A DNA stretch of 64,000 nt. Source: Planctomycetota bacterium (GTDB taxonomy: Bacteria > Planctomycetota > UBA1135 > GCA-002686595). Each line of letters starts with the position of its first letter. The first letter of the stretch is position 1. The position numbers and the translations under genes are program-made. A model generated the notes under the pieces. That model had not been told where the DNA came from and did no database searches. It saw only the letters and a program-made list of their open reading frames with translations. The stretch spans positions 75,375-139,374 of the forward strand of contig JAKLKU010000009.1 of NCBI GenBank assembly GCA_023150475.1, read 5' to 3'. Shown here piece after piece: positions 55,828 through 64,000 of the stretch.

Positions 55828-57150
55828 ATGCAGATCCACCCTCACAACGTCCTCGAGGTCCTGAAGCGTCACCAACTGGTCGACGGCTTCCCGTTGGTGC
55901 TCGATCTCGAGCGCTCGCACGGTTCGTGGCTGGTCGACGGCAAGACCGGCGACGAGTACCTCGATTGTTTCACGTGCTTCGCGACTTGGCCGGTCGGCTA
56001 CAACCACCCGCGGCTCTTCGAGAAGGACTTCCAAGCGGAGCTCGCGCGCGCGTCGACGCACAACCCGTCGAACTCCGACTTCTACACGGTCGAGATGACG
56101 CGCTTCGTCGAGAGTTTCGCGACGCGCGTCACGCCCGAAGGTTACCCGCACCACTTCTGGGTGTCCGGCGGCACGCTCGCGGTCGAGAACGCGCTCAAGG
56201 TCGCGTTCGACTGGAAGGCGCAGAAGCTCGGGCGCCGCGACCTCGGCGAGAACTGCGACGATTTGGTGATCCTGCACTTCCGTGAGGCGTTCCACGGACG
56301 CTCGGGCTACGCGTTGTCGCTCACCAACACCGATCCGACGAAGATCGGCTTCTTCCCGAAGTTCCGTTGGCCGCGCGTGCACAACCCGAAGATCGAGTTC
56401 GATCTCGACGGACGCGTCGCGAACGACGTCGAAGCTTCGGAACGGCGCGCGTGCGAGCAGATCGAGCAGGCGCTTTGCGACTCGCGTTGGCGCGTCGCCG
56501 CGATCCTGATCGAACCGATGCAAGGCGAAGGCGGCGACAACCACTTCCGCCCCGAGTTCCTGAAGAAGCTGCGGCAGTACGCGGACGACAACGAAGCGCT
56601 GCTGCTCTTCGACGAAGTGCAGACCGGCTTCTTCGGCTCCGGCCGCGCGTGGATGTGGCAAGCGAAGGGCGTGCGCCCCGACGTCGTCGCGTTCGGCAAG
56701 AAGAGCCAGGTCTGCGGTGTCTACGCGAACTCGCGCGTCGACGAGATCGCCGACAACGTCTTCCACCGGCCGAGCCGCATCAACTCGACGTGGGGCGGCA
56801 ACCTCTCGGACATGGTGCGCGCGCGCCAACTGATCGACATCATCCTCGGCGAGAAGCTCCACGAGCAGATCGCCGCGCGCGGCGAACGACTGATCCGCGG
56901 CTTGCGCCAACTGGGCCGCGAGCGCGGCGGCTTCACCAACGTGCGCGGCATGGGCTCGCTCGTCGCGTTCACGCTCGAGAGCCCGGCGGCGCGCGATGCG
57001 ATGTTCGCTTCGATGCGCGACCAGCGGCTGCTCGCGCTCAAGGCGGGCCCGCAGTCGATCCGCTTCCGCCTGCCGTTCGTGATCACCGAGGCGGAAGTCG
57101 ACTCGATCGTCGCCCGCGTCGCGGACGCGTTGCCGGCGCGCGTGCGCTGA
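55828..57150 (+). CDS. lat: L-lysine 6-aminotransferase (class III PLP aminotransferase)
   Basis: 'LVDGFPLVLDLERSHGSWLVD', 'YLDCFTCFATWPVGYNHP', 'FREAFHGRSGYALSLT', 'IEPMQGEGGDNHF', 'LLFDEVQTGFFGSG' and 'AFGKKSQVCG'. Confidence 0.8.
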   Translation: MQIHPHNVLEVLKRHQLVDGFPLVLDLERSHGSWLVDGKTGDEYLDCFTCFATWPVGYNHPRLFEKDFQAELARASTHNPSNSDFYTVEMTRFVESFATRVTPEGYPHHFWVSGGTLAVENALKVAFDWKAQKLGRRDLGENCDDLVILHFREAFHGRSGYALSLTNTDPTKIGFFPKFRWPRVHNPKIEFDLDGRVANDVEASERRACEQIEQALCDSRWRVAAILIEPMQGEGGDNHFRPEFLKKLRQYADDNEALLLFDEVQTGFFGSGRAWMWQAKGVRPDVVAFGKKSQVCGVYANSRVDEIADNVFHRPSRINSTWGGNLSDMVRARQLIDIILGEKLHEQIAARGERLIRGLRQLGRERGGFTNVRGMGSLVAFTLESPAARDAMFASMRDQRLLALKAGPQSIRFRLPFVITEAEVDSIVARVADALPARVR

Positions 57151-57315
57151 CGCCGATCCTCCGTCGCGAACTTCGTTCGGCGCGCGCCTCGCTCGTGGGG
57201 TGCGCGCCGAACCCCATTCGGGCGCTCGTCGAGTAGGCTCGCGGCACCCGAGGGCGCCTCCGCCGTGCGTCGCCAACGAACGCCGGGAACCCCGGGGGCC
57301 ACCGAAGGAAGCGCG

Positions 57316-57606
57316 ATGCTCGAGCTGCGACCGAACTGCGAACACTGTGGCAAGTCCCTGCCGCCCGAGGCCGTCGACGCGCGCATCTGCTCGTTCGAGT
57401 GCACGTTCTGCGCGGACTGCGTCGAGCGTGTGCTCGAAAACGTCTGCCCGAACTGCGGCGGCGGTTTCGAACGGCGTCCGGTGCGTCCGCGCGCGTCGCT
57501 CGCGGAACACCCGGCAAGCGCCGTGTCCGTCGTGCGGGCGCTCGATCCGGCGCGTTTCGAGCCTCTCAAGCGTGCGCAGCGGGGGATTCCGCCGGCGGCG
57601 CGTTGA
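57316..57606 (+). CDS. DUF1272-like zinc-ribbon protein
   Basis: 'MLELRPNCEHCGKSLPPEA..ARICSFECTFCADCV...CPNCGGGFERRP'. Confidence 0.6.
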   Translation: MLELRPNCEHCGKSLPPEAVDARICSFECTFCADCVERVLENVCPNCGGGFERRPVRPRASLAEHPASAVSVVRALDPARFEPLKRAQRGIPPAAR

Positions 57607-58234
57607 CCTTCGGTCCGCGCCACAACGCGAACGCCGCGGCGACGTTCCATGCACCGACGCAGAGCGCGACCAGGCCGAACGCGTGGACGTCGAGACTGGG
57701 ATGCACGCCGAGGATGCCGAGCTCGAGCGCCGCGGCGGCGCAGCCGGCGTAACCCAAGCCTCGTCCGAAACGCCGCGTCCGCACGAGCTCGAGCGACCAG
57801 GCGACGAGCGCCAACGCGCCGCCGACGACGAACACGCGCGCGCAAGCTTGGTTCACCACGAACGTGTAGTGGAGCAACGTGCTCCACGCTTCGCGCTCGG
57901 CGCCTGTCGAGCCGAGCCTTTCGCGCACGCAGTCCGTGAAGACGAGTCCACTCGCGGTCGCTGCGAGTGCGACGGCGCCGAGCGCGAAACCCTGTAGCAC
58001 CAAGCCGGCGAGCGCGAGCGGAGTCGCGAGTTCGACCGTGAGCGCGAGAGCGCCGACGAAGAGCAGCGGCGCGCTGAGCAGCCCGAGTCCGTGCGCGAAC
58101 ACGTTACGCGCGGCCACGGCGCCGAAGCGACTCGGCTCGAGCCATTCCGGGCCGTGCGGGTGTAGGCTCATCGTCACCGCCAGTGCGAGGACGCCGGCGA
58201 GCAACGCGCCGGCTCCGAAACGTCGTGAGTGCAT
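57566..58234 (-). CDS. Hypothetical integral membrane protein (about 6 TM)
   Basis: Alternating hydrophobic segments and non-shadow composition. Divergent from the TetR gene. Confidence 0.5.
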   Translation of the reverse strand: MHSRRFGAGALLAGVLALAVTMSLHPHGPEWLEPSRFGAVAARNVFAHGLGLLSAPLLFVGALALTVELATPLALAGLVLQGFALGAVALAATASGLVFTDCVRERLGSTGAEREAWSTLLHYTFVVNQACARVFVVGGALALVAWSLELVRTRRFGRGLGYAGCAAAALELGILGVHPSLDVHAFGLVALCVGAWNVAAAFALWRGPKVNAPPAESPAAHA

Positions 58235-58317
58235 GACGGCGCACGTTCGAGCGCCTCGCGAGCGGCGTCAAGCTCGCGCTGCCTCGTCGAACGCGATCCC
58301 GAACGAAACCCCCGCGA

Positions 58318-58920
58318 ATGTCCGGAAACTCCCCGCAGGACGCCCAACCCCGCGACGCGCGCGTGCGCCGCACGCGTGATCGCCTGGGCGACGCGTTCGT
58401 CGAGCTCGTGCGCGAGCGCGGCTTCGACGCCTTCACGGTGCAGGACGTCCTCGAGCGTTCCGGCGTCGGCCGTTCGACCTTCTACGCGCACTTCCGCGAC
58501 AAGGACGACCTCTTCTTCAGCGACGCCGACGAGTTCTTCGAGCACATGTCGCTCCTGCTCTCGCGCAAGCCCGACGCGGGCGAACGCGTCGCGCCGGTCG
58601 CGGAGATGCTCACGCACGTCGTCGGCATGCGTGACTTCCACGACGCGCTGGCGGATGCCGGGAGACTGCACGAGCTGCTCGATCTCGGTCGTGCGCACTT
58701 CGCGCGTGGCATCGGGACGAGACTCGCGGTCCTGCCGCGCGCGGCCCATCTGACTCCCCGGTTGCGCGACGAACTGTCGACGGCGTTCGCGGGCGCGTGT
58801 TTCGCGCTGCTCCAGGGCGCGCTGCGCTCGGGCGAGGCTTGCGATCCGACGGCGACCGACGCGCTCTTCCACCGGCTGGTGTGGGGCAGCGTCGACGCGC
58901 TGCGCGTGCGCGATCGCTGA
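58318..58920 (+). CDS. TetR/AcrR family transcriptional regulator
   Basis: HTH 'FDAFTVQDVLERSGVGRSTFYAHFRDKDDLF'. Confidence 0.8.
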   Translation: MSGNSPQDAQPRDARVRRTRDRLGDAFVELVRERGFDAFTVQDVLERSGVGRSTFYAHFRDKDDLFFSDADEFFEHMSLLLSRKPDAGERVAPVAEMLTHVVGMRDFHDALADAGRLHELLDLGRAHFARGIGTRLAVLPRAAHLTPRLRDELSTAFAGACFALLQGALRSGEACDPTATDALFHRLVWGSVDALRVRDR

Positions 58921-58949
58921 ACCGCGCGGTCGCCTCGCCGCCGTGTGGC

Positions 58950-59867
58950 TCAGGCCGCGCTTTCGGATTCGCGCGTGACGTTCGCACCCACCGCCGACGC
59001 CCGCGGTGCCGTTCGCAGGCCGCCGCGCACGACGAGCGCGACGCCGATCAGGATCGCGGCGCCTCCGAGGAGCATGCTCGCCGCGAGCGGTTCGCCGAGG
59101 AACAGCGCGCCCCAGAGGATCCCGAAGAGCGGGATCATGTACGTCACGGTCATCGACCGCGACGCGCCGACCGCCGCGAGCAGGCGGAAGTAGAACACGT
59201 ACGCGAGTCCGGTGCAGACGACGCCGAGCACGCCGGCGCACGCCCATGCGCGCCACGTCGGCATGGCCGACGGCAGACTCGCCAGCGCGAACGGCGCGAG
59301 CAGGATGCTCGCCGCGATCTGGCTCTTCGCCGCGATCGCAAGCGGCGCGACGTCGTGGAGTCGGCGCCGCGCGACGTGCGCGGAGAGCGCGTAGAGCACC
59401 GCGGCCGCGAGCCCCGCGGCGACGGCCGTGCGGTCGCTCGCGATCGAGAGTTTCTGCCACACGAGCCCGAGCACGCCGCCGAAGCCAAGCGCCAGACCGA
59501 GGATCCGGAGCTTCGCGAGCCGCTCGCCGAGCCAAGCGAAGCCGATCACGGCGCCGAAGAGCGGCACCGTCGCGTTGAGCACCGACGAGTAACCCGCCGG
59601 CAGCGACAGCGTCGCGAACGCGAAGAGCGTGAACGGGATCGCGGAGTTCAATGCACCGACGAGCGCCAAGTCGAGCCAGCGGCCGTTCAAGGCGGAGACG
59701 CCGCGTTGCGCGACGAGCAGGCTGCTCAGGAAAGCCGCTGCGACGGTCACACGCAGTGCGATCAACGCGATCGGACCGAACTCGGGCGCAGCGACGCGCA
59801 TGAAGAGGAACGACGAGCCCCAGATCGCCGCGAGGAGCACGAGTTCGCTCGCGCCGCGCACGTTCAT
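58950..59867 (-). CDS. DMT superfamily (EamA-type) transporter
   Basis: Ten hydrophobic segments, 'LLAAIWGSSFLFMR' and two EamA-like halves. ATGA overlap with the Lrp gene stop (59864-59867). Confidence 0.8.
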   Translation of the reverse strand: MNVRGASELVLLAAIWGSSFLFMRVAAPEFGPIALIALRVTVAAAFLSSLLVAQRGVSALNGRWLDLALVGALNSAIPFTLFAFATLSLPAGYSSVLNATVPLFGAVIGFAWLGERLAKLRILGLALGFGGVLGLVWQKLSIASDRTAVAAGLAAAVLYALSAHVARRRLHDVAPLAIAAKSQIAASILLAPFALASLPSAMPTWRAWACAGVLGVVCTGLAYVFYFRLLAAVGASRSMTVTYMIPLFGILWGALFLGEPLAASMLLGGAAILIGVALVVRGGLRTAPRASAVGANVTRESESAA

Positions 59868-60370
59868 CGCGCGACGCTCCGGCCGTTCGACGACGTCTGC
59901 CGACCGTCGGACGCCGCGCCGCCGAGCGGCAACACGGCGGTCTCCTTCAGCGTGCCGAGCACGATCGTCGTGCGCGTGCCGCGAATCGTCGGGATCGATT
60001 TGAGCCGCTCGTTCAGGAGCCGCGCGAGATCGTCGGTGTCGCGCGCCCGCAGTTTCAGCAGGTAACAGTCCTCGCCGGCGACTTGATGGACCTCTTGGAC
60101 CTCCGGGATCGCGGCGAGCAACTCGCCGGTCGCGCTCGGACCGTCGCGTTCCTCCGCGCGCACGAACACGAACGCGGAGAGGCCGAGGCCGAGCCGTTTC
60201 GGCGAGAGCCGCGCCTCGTAGCCTTGGATCACGCCGCGGCCTTCGAGCTTGCGCACGCGCTCGAGGATCGCCGACGGCGCCATGTCGAGCTCTCGGGCGA
60301 TGTCGGCGTTGCTGATGCGGCCGTTCTTCTGGAGCAGGGCGAGGATGCGGCGGTCGACGTCGTCGAGCAT
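59864..60370 (-). CDS. Lrp/AsnC family transcriptional regulator
   Basis: 'LDDVDRRILALLQKNGRISNADIARELDMAPSAILERVRKLE..GVI'. Confidence 0.9.
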   Translation of the reverse strand: MLDDVDRRILALLQKNGRISNADIARELDMAPSAILERVRKLEGRGVIQGYEARLSPKRLGLGLSAFVFVRAEERDGPSATGELLAAIPEVQEVHQVAGEDCYLLKLRARDTDDLARLLNERLKSIPTIRGTRTTIVLGTLKETAVLPLGGAASDGRQTSSNGRSVAR

Positions 60371-60599
60371 GGTGTTCGGCTTTCGGTCGAGGCGGGAGAT
60401 GGCCGAAGCTATGGCCTGCGAGGCGATCCGTCCATGGTGGATCGTTCGGTATCCGGCGGCTCATTTCGACGATCGTTCGGGGCCGGGTCGCGTCCACGGA
60501 GGGCGCGGATCGGCCTCGGCGCCCGGCGCGCACCGTTCGCATCGGCGGGCCGCGAAGCGTAACGTGCGCGGTCTCTTCGAACCCCAAAGGAGATCCACG

Positions 60600-61295
60600 A
60601 TGCGTGCCCTCATTGCCTTCGTCGCGCTCGCCTGCGTGGCGGGCTGCAAGCTGCAATCGAACGCGCCGACGCGCGCGGAATCGACCGGTGTGATGCGAGC
60701 GCTCGGCGTCGCCGCGAACTTCGAGGACGCCGTGGTCGGCGTCCTGCCCGACGGCTGGAAACCCGTCGAGACGAACGGCACCGGCACGCCTGGCGTGTGG
60801 AAGGTCGACGCGGACGAAGACGGCAAGAATCGCTTCGTGCGCTTCGGCGAAACGACGAACCGCGGCGCGACGTTCAACGTGTTGCTCTCGAAGACCGAGA
60901 TCGCGGCCGACTTCGAGCTCTCGGTCAAGGTGCGCGCCGACGGCGGCGTCGAGGACCAAGGCGGCGGCGTCGTGTGGCGCGCGAGCGGCCAGAACGACTA
61001 CTACGTCGCGCGTTGGAACCCGCTCGAGAAGAACCTGCGCACGTACAAGGTCGAGCGTGGTCGGCGCACGATGCTCTCGAGCGTCGACCTCGACGCCGAT
61101 CCGAAGGAGTGGCACGAGCTCGCGATCCGTTCGCGCGGCGACGAACACGAGATCTCCTTCGACAAGAAGCGCATCGCGATCGTCGACGATGCGACCTTCA
61201 TGAACGACGGCAGCTACGGCTTCTGGACCAAGGCGGACGCCGCGACGTCGTTCGACGACCTGCGCGTCAACTGGACCGAGGAGACGAAGCGCTAG
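60600..61295 (+). CDS. Lipoprotein with LamG/DUF1080-like jelly-roll domain
   Basis: AAAGGAG precedes the ATG. Lipobox 'FVALACVAGCK'. 'DFELSVKVR......GGGVVWRA...DYYVARWN' and 'WHELAIRSRGDEHEISFD' resemble DUF1080/LamG folds. Confidence 0.5.
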   Translation: MRALIAFVALACVAGCKLQSNAPTRAESTGVMRALGVAANFEDAVVGVLPDGWKPVETNGTGTPGVWKVDADEDGKNRFVRFGETTNRGATFNVLLSKTEIAADFELSVKVRADGGVEDQGGGVVWRASGQNDYYVARWNPLEKNLRTYKVERGRRTMLSSVDLDADPKEWHELAIRSRGDEHEISFDKKRIAIVDDATFMNDGSYGFWTKADAATSFDDLRVNWTEETKR

Positions 61296-62349
61296 CCGCG
61301 CGCACGCGCAGTTGCCCGCACGCCGCGTCGCTCTCGACGCCGCGCGACCAACGCACGGTCGCGACGACGCCGCGCTCGACCAGCGTACGGTGCATGCGTT
61401 CGACGGCCTCGGCGCTCGGTCGCGCGTACTCCGAGTCCGTGACCGGGTTGAACGGGATCAAGTTGACCGTGCAGCGGCGTCGGCGCAGCCGTTCCGCGAG
61501 CCGCCGCGCGTGTTCCGCCGTGTCGGTGACGCCGGCGAGCAGCACGTACTCGTAGGTGACTTCGCGCCCGGTGACTTCGAACCAGGCGTCGGCGGCCGCG
61601 AGGACGTCGTCGATCGGGACGCCCTTCATCGCCGGCACGAGCTCGTCGCGTTGTTCGTCGAACGGCGTGTGCAGCGAGATCGCGAGTTGGAAGCGCGGCT
61701 TCGTCGGCGCGATCGCGCGCAGACGATCGGGGAAACCGACGGTCGAGACCGTGACCTTGCGCGCGCCGAGCCCGAGCTCGTCGTGGACCACGTCGAGCGC
61801 GGCCGAAACCGCCTGGAAGTTGAGCAGCGGCTCGCCGATGCCCATGACGACGCTGCGCGAAAGCGCCCCGAGCGCACGGCCGCGCAGGTACTGCTCGACG
61901 ATCTCGTGGCTCGCGAGGTTGCGCGCGAGTCCGAGTTTGCCGGAAGCGCAGAACGGGCACCGCACCGGGCAACCGACCTGCGACGAGACGCACAGCGTCG
62001 CGCCTTTCGTCGTTCCGCGCTCGCGCGGTGGGATGTGCACGGTCTCGACCGCGCCCGAACGACCGCCGGTTTCGCCGAAGCCGCCGAAATCGACCAGCAG
62101 TTTCGTGGTGCCGTCGCTCGCGGTCGACCGCGCGACTTCGGTGCCCGCGAGGATCGGCGCTCGTTCGGCGAGCGCGCGCCGCAGCGGTTTCCCGAGTCCC
62201 GTCATCGCGTCGTAGTCGAGCACGCCTCGTTCGAGCACCTCGCCGCGCACGACCTTCGCATGGAACGGCCTTCCGCCGAGCTCGACGCACAGCGCGGCGA
62301 GTTCGTCGTGCGTCAACGAGAACAGCGGGCGGGGTGCGGGCGTGGACAT
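61267..62349 (-). CDS. rlmN: 23S rRNA/tRNA (adenine-C2)-methyltransferase RlmN (radical SAM)
   Basis: 'CVSSQVGCPVRCPFCASG', 'NLASHEIVEQY', 'VVMGIGEPL', 'TVSTVG', 'LAISLH' and 'NLIPFNP...DAACGQL'. Start chosen at 'MSTPAP' (62349). Confidence 0.9.
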   Translation of the reverse strand: MSTPAPRPLFSLTHDELAALCVELGGRPFHAKVVRGEVLERGVLDYDAMTGLGKPLRRALAERAPILAGTEVARSTASDGTTKLLVDFGGFGETGGRSGAVETVHIPPRERGTTKGATLCVSSQVGCPVRCPFCASGKLGLARNLASHEIVEQYLRGRALGALSRSVVMGIGEPLLNFQAVSAALDVVHDELGLGARKVTVSTVGFPDRLRAIAPTKPRFQLAISLHTPFDEQRDELVPAMKGVPIDDVLAAADAWFEVTGREVTYEYVLLAGVTDTAEHARRLAERLRRRRCTVNLIPFNPVTDSEYARPSAEAVERMHRTLVERGVVATVRWSRGVESDAACGQLRVRAASASSPRSS

Positions 62350-62450
62350 CGCGGGCGACGATTCTCGCTCGCTTTCGAGCACGCGTCGAGCACGGGCTTG
62401 CCGAGGGCGCGAGGCGGACACACGATGCCCGGATGACGCGGGGGGGAGCC

Positions 62451-64000
62451 GTGAGCACTGAGCGGGCGAAGGTAGGCATCGGCCTGGCGGCGAGCGCCTG
62501 CGCGGTGCTCGCCGCGTTCGCGAATTCGCTCGACGGAGCGTTCGTGCTCGACGACCTGCCGAACCTCGTCGCGAACACGAAGCTCGCGCCGCTCTGGCCA
62601 CCGACCGCCGACCTGTGGGCCGAACCGGGCCGCGGTTTGAGCGGACGGCCGGTCGCCGCGTTTTCGTTCGCGCTCGACCGTGCGTTGTGGGGGCTCGATC
62701 CGCGCGGCTTCCGCGTCACCAACGTCGTGATCCACTTGCTCGCGACGTGGGCGCTCTTCGCGCTCGTCCGTGCGGTGCTCGCGCTGCCCCGCGCGCCGGA
62801 AGTGCTGCGCGCGCGCCGGACGCTCGTCGCAGCGGCGATCGCCTCGGTCTGGGCCGCGCATCCGTTGCACGTCACGGCGGTCACGTACGTCGTGCAGCGT
62901 TGCGAGTCGTTGATGGGGCTCTTCGCGTTGACGAGTCTCGTGTGCGCCGTGCGCGCGTTCCGTGCGTCGACGGCGCGCGCCGCCGGCGCGTGGACCGCGT
63001 GCGCGACGCTCGGGATGCTCTTCGGTGCGGCGGTCAAGGAATCGATCGCGGTGTTGCCGCTCGTGTTGATCGTGCTCGATCGTGGATTCGCGAGCGAGTC
63101 GTTCGCCGAAGCGCTGCGCAAGCGCCGGCGACTCTACGCCGCGCTCGCGAGCGTCTGGCTCGCGATCGGCCTCTCGGTCTTCTTCGCGGGCGCGCACCGT
63201 GCGTCGGCGGCGGGGATCCTGCCCGAGCTCACGTGGTGGGCGTGGCTCCGTTCGCAAGCGGCGGCGCTCGCGCACTACGCGCGCTCGACGTTCTGGCCGG
63301 ACCCGGTGCTGATCGACTACGGCTGGCCGATCCCGCAGGAGCTCCTCGGCTGGCTCCCCGCGGCGCTCGTCGTCCTCGGCGCAGTCGCGTTCGCGCTGGC
63401 CGGCGCGTGGCGCGGCTCGCGGGCGGCGGTGCTGCTGCTCGTCGCGTTCCTGTGGCTCGCGCCGACGTCGAGCGTGTTGCCGATCCCGTTCGAGCTCTGG
63501 GCGCTGCACCGCATGTACCTGCCGCTCGCCGCGTTGGTCGCGCTGATCCTCGGCGCGCTCGCGTCGCGCCTGCGTCCGTCGGCGGCGCTCGTGGTCGTCG
63601 CCGTCGTGCTCGCCGGTCTCGGCGCGTGGCGGACGCACGTCGCGAACCGCACGTTCGCGAGTCCGGAGATCCTCTGGACGAAGCACGTGCAAGCTCGCGA
63701 GGCGAACGACCGCGCGTGGTTCCAACTCGGCGAAGCGCTGCGCGCCCGAGGCGACGCGCGCGGCGCGCTCGCGGCGTATCGCCGCGCCGTCGAGTTGCAC
63801 CCGACGTATCCGCTCTGGCTCAACAATCTCGCGACGCTCGAGCTCGCGCTCGGCGACTTGGACGCGGCGATCGCGCACTACGCGACGGCGTGCGCGCTGC
63901 TCCCGGAAGCGACGCTCGAGCGCTCGAACCTCGTCGAAGCCTTGCTGCAACGCGGCGAGCTCGCGCGTGCAGAACGCGAGCTCGAGCCGCTGATGCCTCG
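62451..64000 (+). CDS. TMTC/PMT-like polytopic membrane protein with C-terminal TPR repeats (3' end outside window)
   Basis: This ORF is absent from the track because it has no stop in the window. My own translation starts at the GTG at 62451, after GGGGGGAG: 'VSTERAKVGIGLAASACAVLAAFANSLDGAFVLDDLPNLVAN...WAAHPLHVTAVTYVVQRCESLMGLFAL...'. It later reaches TPR-like 'AWFQLGEALRARGDARGALAAYRRAVELHP'. Confidence 0.7.
   Translation, partial: MSTERAKVGIGLAASACAVLAAFANSLDGAFVLDDLPNLVANTKLAPLWPPTADLWAEPGRGLSGRPVAAFSFALDRALWGLDPRGFRVTNVVIHLLATWALFALVRAVLALPRAPEVLRARRTLVAAAIASVWAAHPLHVTAVTYVVQRCESLMGLFALTSLVCAVRAFRASTARAAGAWTACATLGMLFGAAVKESIAVLPLVLIVLDRGFASESFAEALRKRRRLYAALASVWLAIGLSVFFAGAHRASAAGILPELTWWAWLRSQAAALAHYARSTFWPDPVLIDYGWPIPQELLGWLPAALVVLGAVAFALAGAWRGSRAAVLLLVAFLWLAPTSSVLPIPFELWALHRMYLPLAALVALILGALASRLRPSAALVVVAVVLAGLGAWRTHVANRTFASPEILWTKHVQAREANDRAWFQLGEALRARGDARGALAAYRRAVELHPTYPLWLNNLATLELALGDLDAAIAHYATACALLPEATLERSNLVEALLQRGELARAERELEPLMP

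Overview
Very GC-rich bacterial chromosomal segment. Third codon positions are almost always G/C; I did not compute a GC value. It is densely coding, with about 44 supportable protein genes, many joined by 4-nt start/stop overlaps. I recognised no rRNA, tRNA, CRISPR array, transposase, integrase or phage gene. Because of the GC content the six-frame track is full of long Arg/Ala/Pro-rich shadow ORFs. I called genes only where the translation shows recognisable family motifs or a signal peptide or TM pattern.

Content from left to right:
- smc 3' end
- two tandem degenerate M14-like peptidase homologues
- an M28/glutaminyl-cyclase-like lipoprotein
- the prkA / DUF444 / spoVR triad
- two lipoproteins
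- a co-directional block of lysine 2,3-aminomutase, two Ddl-type ATP-grasp ligases, a GNAT, a Cys-cluster protein and two OPT transporters
- four glycosyltransferase genes, including a 1761-aa GT2-GT4-GT2-GT4 internally duplicated enzyme
- an AddB/AddA-like nuclease-helicase pair
- an MBL hydrolase coupled to a fused trehalose-6-P synthase/phosphatase, preceded by two 16-bp tandem-repeat arrays
- a YfhO-like membrane protein
- an M28-PA-PDZ peptidase
- a V4R-type hybrid histidine kinase
- prfC, a GIY-YIG protein and an FG-GAP protein
- rnpA-yidD coupled to a PD40 beta-propeller
- an apparently catalytically dead ALDH-fold protein next to lysine 6-aminotransferase
- small regulators and transporters, rlmN, and a TMTC/PMT-like TPR membrane protein that runs off the window

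The best candidate for an undescribed system is the kamA / 2x ATP-grasp / GNAT / Cys-cluster / 2x OPT block (about 15.4-24.4 kb). I interpret it, by inference only, as a pathway for a beta-lysine-containing, possibly N-acetylated, small peptide with dedicated transport.
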